From NCBI RefSeq assembly GCF_000143415.4, contig NW_003314286.1:146433-185334 (forward strand): a DNA stretch of 38,902 nucleotides, read 5' to 3'. This DNA is from Selaginella moellendorffii. Its lineage: Eukaryota; Plantae; Lycopodiophyta. Shown here piece by piece: positions 11,990-23,648 of this stretch (position 1 is the first letter of the stretch; every line of letters starts with the position of its first letter). The notes beneath the pieces are model-generated. The model saw nothing but the letters and a program-made list of their open reading frames with translations, made no database searches and was not told where the DNA came from. The translations under genes and the position numbers were made by a program.

Positions 11990-12470
11990 CAGAAACCATA
12001 CCGTGTCAAACGTTGTAAACCAGAAGAAGGAGCTTGTTCCGAACAATCTTTCACACCCTTGTACCAGCCTCCAAAGCTTACCAAGTCTTCATCCCAAACT
12101 CTCCTCCTAGATCTTGAGATAAAAGAGAAACTCAGCACTCCTTTGCCAAAGTAACTCACTGTCCATGCAAGACGAGAGGACGAGCTAATAGCCCGTTGCT
12201 CCGGCGCAAAATGCAAGGTCCAGCCATGGAATACACGAAAATAATCCATGCCATTTGATTTTACGTTGGTATTGAATCAGTGTTGTGCCATGTAAGCTTA
12301 CTGCCAAGGTACAGTAGAGGTAAAAGAAATGGAGTAGGAGGTATGGTTACTCGGGTTGCTCCTCGTCGGTTACCCAGAAGTGTTAAGTCAGTATGGTCAA
12401 CCACCATGATAGCGCTTGGCAAAGGAGGCCCGATATTTTTTTGTAAAAGTTTGAAGTGATCTTCCACATC
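11990..12470 (-). pseudogene. Degenerate gene fragments of unknown family (mosaic of sequences also at ~13015-13310 and ~15308-15650)
   Basis: Shared blocks include CCAGCCTCCAAAGCTTACCAAGTCTTCATCC, CTCACTGTCCATGCAAGACGAGAGGACGAGCTA, GTGTTGTGCCATGTAAGCT, GTATGGTCAACC and AAGGAGGCCCGATAT. Confidence 0.55.
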
Positions 12471-14235
12471 TCACTGCTCTTCCTCCAGTAACGGCAACTT
12501 TATTTTCCACAAACCTTCACAATGAGCTGCTTGCCATCGTTGAGCTGCACGCCCCCAACTCGCACCAGCAGTCAATTTTGCACGAGGATCATCCTGGCGA
12601 GGAAACAGGAGCCATTTTGGTCTGAGGTTATTTTTTATTCTTGATCCATACTATTTTGATGTCTGTGAGAAACAGCGCCTTAAACCCGAAAAGCATATAT
12701 GCTCTCATTTGCATCTTCTTCACTGTTACTTCGTTCCATGTTCTATCTTATCTGCATCTTCATTGTTTGTGCCATAAAATTAGCATCAAGCGGTAGAAAC
12801 AAAAACTTTCGTTTACTGTTTTCAGGCACATTTCTGTCAAATGGCACCTCTTCTCGGTACTTACTGAGAGTCCCTGTGCCTCTGGCCGAGCGTTCGTCTC
12901 TGAGAGGTATTCTCCAAGGAAGCTGGAATGTAGGCTGTGACAAGAGCCAAAGTTTGAAAACTATGTTTTGTTCGCTCGTTTTGGCCTGCAAGGAGAATGG
13001 GAAACAATTATCGAAGAAACCATACCGTATCAAACGAAGCCATTGTTGTAAACTAGAGGAAGAAGCTTGTGGCGAACAACTTGTTCTTCTTCTACGTCCT
13101 TGAACCAGCCTCCAAAGCTTACCAAGTCTTCATCCTGGACTTTCCTCCTGCATGAGCGTGATCTTCACCGCAAACGAAAACCAAAGACCTTGCGTGGTTT
13201 GTGCTCAGCAAGCGCGCTCCATCGCCAAAGTAGCTCACTGTCCATGCAAGACGAGAGGACGAGCTACTAGCCGGTTGCTCGGCGCAAAGTGCAAGGCCCG
13301 GCCATGGTGGACAGTCCTGGATTCACAACAATACAAACTCATGGAAGTCAAGAGGAAAGAACTACTTACGCGTCTCCAGCAGCGAGTTCTCTGTAAGTTT
13401 CGATCGAGTATCCCCTTCGCTCCAAGTTGTCCATCCCTCGGCTCGATTACCAATACGGCAGAGCAGAGTCCGTGTGAGAAACGCACGCAAAGAGGAGCGT
13501 GGAGTCTGTTTGTGACGTGAAATCCAAAACGCGAGGAAGGATTTTGTTGAGATCAGAGTGCCAGTTGGTGACATTGAATCCTGGGAGCTTGATGAAGAGA
13601 CAATCCTGGTACAAGCGAACCTACGAATCCAGAGACGAAGTTTTTATCTTAGAAGAAGGAAAACGAAAAGCTTATCGATCGACCCTGTTTGATCCCAGGA
13701 GCTCCGCTGCGGCCTGCAGACTCAAGGGTGGAAGACGAATTCGTCCAGAGAAGAAGCTCTTCGGTGGAAATGGAAGAAACCAAGTTCGTCATAACAAGAG
13801 AGAAAAGATGATTATCCAAAGATATGGACGCTCTGGGCTACGCAAATCGATGCCCGGGCACAGCACCGAGACGCGGTGTTTGTAAGCCGCAAGCATTTCT
13901 TTACATTTGGGCATGGATCCTGCCTGAGAACCTTGATCTCACCGCTGGGGAACAATCCCCGGGGAAGAACAGCTCCAAACTATAGAACAGAGGAGCGGAA
14001 TTGGCGAGTTTGGATGGATGATCCATTCCTCCTCTCTTCCTTCTCGCGCAACGAGCAGCACGTAGAAGATTTCCCTCGCAGGATTGCCAATGTCGATCGA
14101 CTGATGTCCGTAAAAAAAAAAAAAGACACGACGAGTACACGTGGACGCCTATGATTCCTCGCTACGCTCAGGATTCCAGGATTGCCGTATGACATGATGA
14201 TTGACGTGTGGAGCTTCGCTTGCATTCTTGCTGGG

Positions 14236-15215
14236 GCAAGGCTATGGCTGTGTTCCAGAGCGTCGGCGCAAGAATAGAACGCTATAATCTTGGCATTTGC
14301 CTAGGCTGGGGATTTCTCCATGGCGAAAGATCCCCTTGACGCAATGCCTGCTCCCAATATTGTGTCGTGGAAACTATGCCGAAAACATACGTGGATGCAT
14401 GTAACCTTGACTGGCCGAAGCGACTCTTTGCGATTATGCCAGAGCGAAGCTCAATCACCTGGAGCGTGATGCTTCAAGCATTTGCATGGTATGGGCATGT
14501 ACAAGATGGCGAGAAACCACACTCGACGATCCCAGTTGCGCCGATCACTCCAAGATCGACAAAGCTCGAGCAGTGTTTGATGCTTTGGCGTGCCTGGACA
14601 TGGTCTCCTGGAACACCATGCTCGCTTGCTACGCACCACTGCAAAGATTTCTTTGAGAAAATGCCCGGCCCCAACCTGGTGTCTTACATCACTCTCTTGT
14701 CCTCACTGGTCAGCTGCAGATTATCCGGGGAAGCAGTGAAAATCTTCGTCGAAATGCCAGAGATAAACGCTGTGACGTCCACTGTGATGATGCAAGCTTA
14801 TGGGCGGGAAGGCCAGCTTGCCAGTGCCAGGGACATCTACGAGACAATGCCGGATCGCAACTCAGTGGCTCTCATCACCGTGATCTTGGAGCTCGCACAG
14901 CCCAATCCTTGAGAACAGCCTTTGAGCCTTTGAGCCTTTGAGGCCTGGAGCTCGATCATCGCGGCCTATGTCCAGAACGGACGCGTGAGCGAGGCACTGG
15001 ATCTCTTTCGAGAGATGCATCTTTCTGGCTTTCAAGCCAGACGAGACCATCTTCACAACAATTCTAGCAGCGGCGGCGAGCCAGCTCGAGCAGTGTTGCC
15101 GAGATTTTTGTCCATGATCGCAGACTTTGGGATCTCTCCCAGGGCGAGTCAGCTGGAGCAATCCATGCCATTTGTTCCACAGCCGGGCTTGTGGATGATT
15201 CTTCTGGGTGGAAAA
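14236..15215 (+). pseudogene. Degenerate PLS-class PPR pseudogene
   Basis: Contains DAMPAPNIVSW, FAIMPERSSITWSVMLQAFAWYGH, FFEKMPGPNLVSYITLLS, AYGREGQLASARDIYETMPDRNSV, AWSSIIAAYVQNGRVSEALDLFREMHLSG and FLSMIADFGISP, with stops and frameshifts. Confidence 0.88.
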
Positions 15216-16389
15216 TCCATCGAAATGAAAAGGTTGTCGAAATGTCGGCTGGTACTTGGATAATGCCAGGTTGACAACCGACAATCCTAATCATCCCAGA
15301 GATGCGGGTGTTGTGCCATGTAAGCTGAAAACCTATCCCACGAGCCAAGGCGCAGTAGAGGAACAGCGGTATAAAAGAAATGGAGTTGCAAGAAGGGTTA
15401 ATCCGGGAGAGCCTGAAAGGGCGCTTGCATCCCTCGGGTTGCTTAGTAAATGGGGTCGCTGACCCTTGACCACTTGGCCCCCCTCGTCGGTGACCCAGTA
15501 GTGCTAAGTCGGTATGGTCAACCCCACCGTGACCTACCGGATAGCGCTTGGTACCCAGGGCGCCCAAGGAGGCCCGATATCTTTTGCAACATTTCTTTGA
15601 TCTTCCTTTCTGGAATTTCTTGGTCCCCCAGGCCTTGAAGTATTTTCCACTCATTTGATAGGAAACAAATGTTTGGATTCTTCAGTGCTCAAGTTTGCGA
15701 GACCATCAAAGCTCAACCTAATGCGTTGTGTAGATGACGCTTCTCTCTCTCTCTTTTTTCCGAGGATGGCTCTTTCAAGGGCCTGAGAAACGATAGAGGA
15801 TTGTGCTCCAAACGTTACACTTCTTTGCAAGTTGGGCAGGTGTTAGCGATTATGACGAAGGGTCTCCAAGCTAGAGAGGCTTGACGAGGGATGTCTTCTG
15901 CAAGAACAATAGCATGGATGAGGCTAACAGAGAAGAGTTCACTAGGCTTTCCACTGACAAGGATGATAGAATAAATAATCCATGCCGAACCGGTAAAAAT
16001 AAAGGTAAAAGTTATAAATTAAGATTAGAATTAATATCTTTTCACAATCCTTTATATGCTAACATTTATTGTTTTATTAGCAAACATCTTTTTTGTTTTT
16101 CTTTCTTGTGATTTTTAGCCAATTCACCATAGGTCTCATGTTCTCATTTTTGCTGTAGTTATTTTCATGGCTCAAATTGCTTGTTAAATTATGCCAACCT
16201 CCTCTACCAAAAGCAATTGGAAGTTCTTGTTCTCCCCCAATGTGTCTTCATTAGAAGCAGTTGTCTACTTGTTATGCAATCATTCAGACCTAAAATGGTG
16301 AGTGCAAAAAGGGAAATTAGTTTGAAAATGTGGCACCCAAATAACTTTGTTAGACTGGGCAATTGATTCCATGTCTAGCTCTACACACT

Positions 16390-17760
16390 CAAAAACTCAC
16401 ATATAAGACCATAAACTCCTCCACACTGTGTAAAATAACTAAGGGTTCTACTGTATAACAATGTAGGGTCAATGTTGGTATGCAATTGTAGAAGCGGAAG
16501 TTCTTACCATAATCTAATAGGGTTATCAAGTAAATCCTTGCATCCTATGATTAGAGTGATGTACTCAGCTTCTGCAGAGGAGAGTTTTGTTTTCAACTTG
16601 TCCAACTAATTGCTGCCCAATAGAGCATCAGACAAAAGCTTGTGGACCTACACCCCTTATTTGTGGCCCAAGTAGCATCAGTAAAACACTCAAGCTGGCT
16701 ATTGCTGTTGGAGTAACATAAGCATTTGTCCATAATTCCTTTCAAGTACTGTAGGATGTGCTTAGCAGCTTTCCAATGAGTAGTGCATGGGCGGGCACTA
16801 AATTGGCTTAGGATTATTGTGGCATAGCATATCTCAAGCCATAAATACATGAGACAGCCAATCAAGCTTCTAAAGGGAACATTTTCGTCCAGAGGCTCCC
16901 TTGCATCTTGATGGGAGGACAAGCTGTAGGTGTGCACACTAGATGGCAATTCTTCATTCCAAATTGTTCCAAGAGGGATTCCACATAGTGCCTTTGATGC
17001 AACTTCAAGGTTTACTCCTTCATGTATCATTCTATTTGGATTCCCAAAAATGTCTTGACTTCCTCAAAGTCTTTCACCTGGAAACATCTAGCCAAAGATG
17101 CCTTTAGTGCCGAGATGGCACTATATTTGCCCCCCAACAATGAGGAGGTCATTGATATACAATACAATGACAATTATGGCATCACTATAGCTTTTAATAT
17201 AGATGTTCGAGTTTGCCAAGGCACGACAAAAACCTTCTTCATGCAAGGCCACATCAAAATTTTGATACCAAATACAAGAAGCTTTCTTGAGATTATATAG
17301 AGCCTTTTTGAGCTTCTATGCTTTCCCGGAAATCTCATGGGTGTAAAACCCAAGTGGTATATGTATTAAAATGTCTTCATTAAGATCACCATAGAGAAAA
17401 GTTGTTTTCACATCCATTTGGTGAACTTTCCACTTATGGGCATTCATTACCACCACAATTGTTTACACACTAGCCATTTTGATAACTAGTGAGAAAGTTT
17501 TGCTATAGCCCACACCTCACACTTGTGTGTGAATTTTGCAACCAAGTGTGTTTTTTGTAGTGGGGAGCACTACCATTGGCATCAAATGTCCTTTTGAAAA
17601 CCTGCTTATTGTTAACAAACCTTTGGTCTAGGGGAGGCACACATTCTATAAATGTGTTGTTCTTGACCAAGGCATCCATCTCATCCTTGATGGCCTTTGT
17701 CCATAAGTGAGACTTTAAACCACCTACAACTTCATTATAGGTTGAGGGGACATTCTAATT
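16390..17760 (-). mobile_element. Ty1/Copia retrotransposon pol relic (RT and RNase H)
   Basis: Minus-strand KVHQMDVKTTFLYGDL, FRSLIGCLMYL, HWKAAKHILQYLKG, FTDATWA and LSSAEAEYI; many stops. Confidence 0.93.
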
Positions 17761-17818
17761 AACAAATATACAAAGCTTAGCTTCATTTTGGCAAATGTGA
17801 GACACAAATCCCTAACCC

Positions 17819-18235
17819 TTGAGATGGACCCAAAATGGAGTTTGAGATGGACCCGAGATAAACCCGAGATGGAGTCCAAGATGGAGTTCGAGATGGACCC
17901 GAGATAAACACGAGATGGAGTCTAAGATGGAGTTCGAGATGGACCCGAGATAAACCTGAGATGGAGTCCAAGATGGAGTTCGAGATGGACCTAAGATGGA
18001 CCTAAGATGGAGTTCAAGATGGACCTGAGATGGAGTCCGAGATGAACCCGAGATGGAGTTTGAGATGGACCCGAGATGGAGTCTGAGATGGACCTGAGAT
18101 GGAGTTCGAGATGGACCTGAGATGGAGTCCGAGATGGAATCCAAGATGAAACTTGAGATGGAGTTCGAGATGGACCCAAGATGGAGTCCGAGTCTGAAAC
18201 TGAGAGCAAGACTAAGACCGAGTCCAAGTCCGAAT
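17819..18235. repeat. Tandem satellite/minisatellite of 11-12 bp units (GAGATGGACCC / GAGATGGAGTYC)
   Basis: About 30 consecutive units visible directly; degenerates towards 18235. Confidence 0.95.
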
Positions 18236-18250
18236 AATAATACAGGCTGT

Positions 18251-18350
18251 NNNNNNNNNNNNNNNNNNNNNNNNNNNNNNNNNNNNNNNNNNNNNNNNNN
18301 NNNNNNNNNNNNNNNNNNNNNNNNNNNNNNNNNNNNNNNNNNNNNNNNNN
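18251..18350. other. Assembly gap (100 N)
   Basis: Run of exactly 100 N; true size unknown. Confidence 1.
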
Positions 18351-21266
18351 GTTGGATCCCAGTGGAGCTAGTTTGGCCAAGAAAGGTTAGTTTGGCCTAT
18401 GAAGGCTGTACCAAAGTGTTGGGTGATAGGGTAACCACTAGGAAGTCTAAGGCTAGAGGAATATGGACCGATAAGCAGGGTAGCTCGGTGAAGTGTTCAA
18501 GAACTGACTCTAGTTCCCCTGGGAGATCAAATGGTCGATAATCCTAATCTAAATGTGGGTGGCACTGTTGGGGGAAGGAGGGGTGCCTCCCCCAACGCTC
18601 GCTCAAACACGAGAAATGCTTCATAGCTCTTTGCAAAATGCCCCTTCCTTTGCCCTTGTGAGGCAAGGGTTTTATACAAGGAAGATGGGGAATATTTTGA
18701 GAACCAGAATATTCCCTTTCTCTCTCTCACTCTCCTAGTGGCCACGCCCTAACATGCAATCACGGTGGATCACATTGGCTCCAGACGGAAGAGTGTAGAG
18801 TGTACCTCTGCTACTGATGCCAAGTGCTAGTAGCTATGTGAAATAGTAGAACCTCTAGAAAACAAAGTAGAAAAGAAAGAAAAGAGGGAGATGTGAAGTT
18901 TAGAGATAGGGAGGAAAACCCGGTGGGAAACCTTGTAGTCAAACTGGACCCTGAAGTCGAAGAAAAAATGCAAAAAAAGTGTGAAAAGAAGAGGAAAATA
19001 GAGGGAAAAGAGTGAGTACCCAAAGAACTTAACCTGTACCTGGATTTCGGCTCAGGAAAGTGTAATATGCAAATGCAGCCTCTTGATGACTTCCAATATG
19101 CTCCAAGGATTAGCCAAAATTGAGAAAGAAAGAGAGGAAGAAGAGGGGATGTGTTGCCCAAGGGTGGTAAGTGTGGAAATGATGAAAGATGGAGTGATAT
19201 GGTGGCCATTGATAACCATTGGCCCATAGAGTAAGTGCTGACTACTCGGAGTAGCCGGTAACCGATAACTAGTAACTAGTAACCAGTAACTAGGGACCTG
19301 TAACCTATAACTGGTAACCACCTGCTCTTGCTTCTACTTGTGCACCTGCTCCAGCACCGATATGATGGAGTGATATGGTGGAGCGTCGAGACGGTGGTGG
19401 CACTCCGAGAAGGTGGCTAGTTTGATGTGTCGGACTGAAGAAGTCAGCAGTTGAAAAGGATGTCGAGGGAGTCACGAGGTTGCCGGTAAAGAGAGGTGGC
19501 ATGTGTTCACTGAGTGCTGGAGCAGAAGAAAGTGGCTTCCGTTTCTGTGGCCTCTCCTAAAGATCCACCTAGGTGCCTTGAGTGAATATGTTCACCTGGT
19601 TGGAAGAAAGTTGCTCTAGAAAAGCTAGTGCGTTGTCGGCAAATGGTCGTAAGGATATCTCGGAAACGGCACATCCAAATGAGGTGGTGTCATTTGCTAT
19701 TGGTGCATGTATGTGTGTCCGTGGTATGGTGTAAACGTGACCTCAAACGGAGATGTGAATGATGGTGAAAGAATGAAAGATGCAAGACGGGCATCTAGAG
19801 ATAAGTGCAAACAACACTGCTGGAAGTGATTGGTGATGGAACTATGAGTATAAATGATATGGAATGAGTGAGGAGAATGTGTGGGGTGTAGTAATGGTAA
19901 GGGAAGGGCCAAAGAACTTGGAACATAGACTGGGCCAAGTGAGGAACCTCCATACAAACAGCAATGCAGCCTAAGCACGAAATCCAAGGCATGGGCAATG
20001 GAGAAACACCCTCTGAAAGTAAGAAAAGTAGCCATGAAAGTAAAGTGAAAGAAAGGAAGAAAAAGAAAAAGAAAAAGAAGAGAAGAGGAACGCCTCACCG
20101 AATGAAGCATTTGAGATGAGAGTGGTTGTGAACATGTGGGAGCTCACGTTCATCAGCATCAAATAGAACGTATGCTCCACTTGCAATGTGTCACTGGACA
20201 AAGTAGGGGCCAGTCCAGTGAGGGGAGAACTTCAAAGGCGGCGTAAACTCCTTAAGGAGAACAAGATCGCCATCCTCGAATGGTTTGGCTGACCACCGGT
20301 GATCAATGATGGACTTGATCTTCTACTTGCCTCAAAGGAGATGTTCAGTTGTGGATCGTCGTTGTTCTTCTAAGGCGAGGACCTCCAAGTCACGCGCATG
20401 AAGCTTGTCCTCATCGCTAAGCTGCATTGCTACTGCGTATCGTAGTGAAAGTAAGAGTGATGGCACCTGGATCTCCATTGGGAGTATGGCCTCTGTCCCA
20501 TAGACAAGGGAGAATGGGGTCGCAGAGATGGATGTTTTGAAAGACGTCCAAAAGGCCCACAAGGCCGTAACCAAGTGTTTGTGCCAACACCTTGGGTGAT
20601 CCTCCACAAGCTTTGAGATGACTATCTTTAATATCTTGTTGCTGGACTCCAGCTGGCCATTGCACTTAGGATAATAGCTTCTGCTCTTCATGTGTTTGAC
20701 CTGTAGCTGCTAGAAAAGATGCTGCATCACTTGTCCAAGGAAGCCGTTGCCGCGATCGGAAACCAAAATAGCAGGAACTCCGAATTGGCAAATGATGTAC
20801 TTGTAGACAAACTTTGTTGTAGATTGTTGATCTGCCTGTCACAAAGGGATGGCCTCAACCCATTTTGTGAAATAATCTGTTGCCACGATGAAGTAACGCA
20901 GTCCTTTTGAGCTCGGTGGGTTGATCGGGCCTACAAAGTCAAGGCCCCACTGGAAAAAGGACCCGGAGAAGTGATGAGCTGGAAAGGAAGACGTGAAACA
21001 TGGCTCCGAGGGTTGAACCGTTGGCACTGCTCACATGCCTTTGCATAGGCCAAGCTGTCCTGGTGAATCTGAGGCCAAAAGTAGCCATGGTGCAAGAGGA
21101 GCTGTGCTGTGACCCATCCCGAGAAATGCCCCGCACAAGAGTGGAAAGTGCGAAGGAGCTCAGGGACCTTGTGTTCCCCCACACACTGCAACAAAACTTC
21201 TTGAGAAGTTCTCCTGTAAAGGTGTCTGTTGAGAAGGCAAAACCCCTGTGCTTGGATCTCCAATAT
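18351..21266 (-). mobile_element. Ty3/Gypsy non-chromovirus (Tat/Athila-like) element: degenerate integrase (~20200-21266) plus long 3' region
   Basis: Contains GHFSG..GYFWP..CEQCQ (HHCC zinc finger), FFQWGLDFVGPINPPSS..IVATDYFTKWVEAIPL, YYPKCNGQLESSNK and TPFSLVYGTEAILPMEIQVPS. It is cut at 21266 by a DNA transposon. The left boundary is uncertain. Confidence 0.85.
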
Positions 21267-23648
21267 GCTCTATTTCGTTAAAGTGGGATTTATTCAGTAA
21301 AATGGGACTAGGTACAAATTTTCAAGTATTTGAAAATGATGTGAAATTATATGTTTTTTGTCCAGGGGCTAGACATATCTGGGGCATGGTGACTAGCGCG
21401 GTGACTTTGTGTCCAGACTGAGTCCATCTGGTTGTATAATAAATCTCATTGTCAAGGTGAACAAGCCGAATCTGAAGCTAAAGAAGAGCGATGGCATGCG
21501 CGCACACACTATTTGTTTGTTCATTGAGCGTGTGGTGAGCTTTCCAAGATGAACGTCATTCCTATTAGCCAGACATATAACTTAATAGTGAGAACATATA
21601 TTATTCAATGTTATCTTTTTCTAACGAATCTAATTGTGAAGGTGTAGCAAGAGGCATTGCTAGTCTGGAGAAGTCATTTAACTCATTTGACCCTTAGTGT
21701 ATTTTCATGAAACTAAATAACATTCATATTATTAAGGAATTTCTCTAGTACCTTTTTTTTATGACATAGAGGCTTGCATTTCTTTCAAAGGTGATTTAGT
21801 AAAAGGCCTAAGGGCACATGCCATTCTATTTCTCAAACCGGTATTAAGATATACTAGTGCAAAGGGAAAAAGGTATTTGGTGATCAAGTAAATGGCATGA
21901 GGGCACACGCCATTATAAGCCTAAGCGCTAGTGGACACCTCCTTTTTGGTACTCTCAGCGGTACTATCATCCTTCTCCGGGTCAGTTGTTTTGCTTTGGA
22001 TTGTTGTCTCTGACGTTACTGGGGCGTTCTCGATAGTTGTTAATGTTGCCGTTTGTTCAGAAAAATGATCACCTAGAATATAGTACGGGGAGTTTGGAAG
22101 ACTTATATATTCTACATCTTCACCTATCTCCTTCTCCGTCTCTTTTTCTGCCTCACTTATAGATTTTGTGCTTGCCATGAGAACGCTCTTCACCCTAAAA
22201 TATGGAGTTTGTTGTGTTATAAAAGGAAACCAACACACATGCTGCAAGGGAATGATGGTACATAAAGCACGTAAGCCCACAATATGGGTTTATGTGCCAT
22301 TAATATGGGCCACACGCCATATTATTAGATTTATGCACGTGTGATTGGTAAATGCATATGTCACATCATCTTTGTTTTACCTCACACACTATATCAGGCC
22401 TAATGAACCATATCACATGTGCGCACATGCTATATATATGGAGAAGTATTATGCAAGGATAGAAAAATTCAATGCATGATTGTGGAGAGCAATGGCATGA
22501 AGCCACATGCTAAATAACATTTTAGAGAAAGAATTAAAATAAAAACATGCAAACAGTACTGAGTGGACCAAGACTTAGAAGTGCACAATTGAATGAGGTA
22601 TTTATAATAAATATTTCACTCACCTCATATAGGAATGGCTACCACTCTCAAATGGCGTATTGCCTCATGCCATCACCTCGCAATTTGTTATAACAATCCG
22701 ATGAATTCATATTCGGCTTGTTCACCTTGAACTTTAAGTAAGATTTGCTAGAACAACTAAGAATTTATACTTGTTATTTGTATCATCTCACCTAGGAATG
22801 GCGTAAGGCCACATGCCATCACGCCTCCTCTGATTCAGATTCGGATTGTTCACCTTGAAATAAAATACATTAGAAACTTAGTAAAGGAATATTAATGAAT
22901 CTCACCTTGAACCCGGGTTATGAATGCTCTTGCTGCATCTCTTGCATGGTCTGGCAAGGTGATGGTGGCACTCTGCTTCTACATCCAACCATGCACAACA
23001 TTGTCCACCGATATGCTCATGCTGGGATCCCTTGGATTCAGCACCCATCTCTTTTCTAGGCAATCCTTCATATATCCGGAACTTGGCTTGAACCACTCCA
23101 CAGTTACATTGAAGGAGTTAGTTTCCGCGTCCTCCTCTGCATCAGTGATGCAACGCCCCACCCATATCATTTGTTTTTTATTACTGGGTCTGACAAGCAC
23201 GACCATTCCTTTGCAGACCTGTACTGGATTGAATGCTGAATCCGGCTTCTTGTTCCTCGGCCCACAATAGTGATCCTCAACATCGTTATCTGTCACTGCA
23301 TTTCCAGAGGACATTGTTCCGCTACTATCTGGTGCTCTGGGTTCTGGCCAAAAGGACTCTTCCAATTCTTCATATACAATCGGCCCATTTTGGATAGTAG
23401 ATATAATCTTCTCCCAGTATTCGATCAAAGGCTTGCACCTCTGAAAATAGGATTCTCCACCAAACACCAACCCCCTCTTCCAGAAGGCAATATGCTGTCT
23501 AATCCCGGCCACTATACTTTCCTGGTCTTTGAGTCCATCCGGGTGCATCGGCCGTGGGGAACCCTGAGGAATCATAGGTTCCTCAGTTATGGGATCTCTC
23601 TTGAAGAGTTCAATGCCGTCCACTGGCAGCCACACTGTGTTCCATTCT
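21267..23648 (-). mobile_element. Sola-like DNA transposon, copy A (3' portion only)
   Basis: Near-identical to 31676-33637, starting sharply at GCTCTATTTCGTTAAAGTGGG. It holds the transposase C-terminal ORF 22979-23635 and the acidic ORF/exon 21921-22280. It is interrupted at 23649 by an LTR. Confidence 0.85.

Noticed and set aside
17783-18541. ORFs with SGPSRTPS / MESEMES repeats
   Set aside because: These are translations of the satellite and run through the N gap.
19250-19740. Env-like extra ORF and 7-bp GTAACY repeats downstream of the Tat/Athila-like integrase
   Set aside because: Frames are short and stop-ridden with no recognisable motif; it cannot be supported as a gene.
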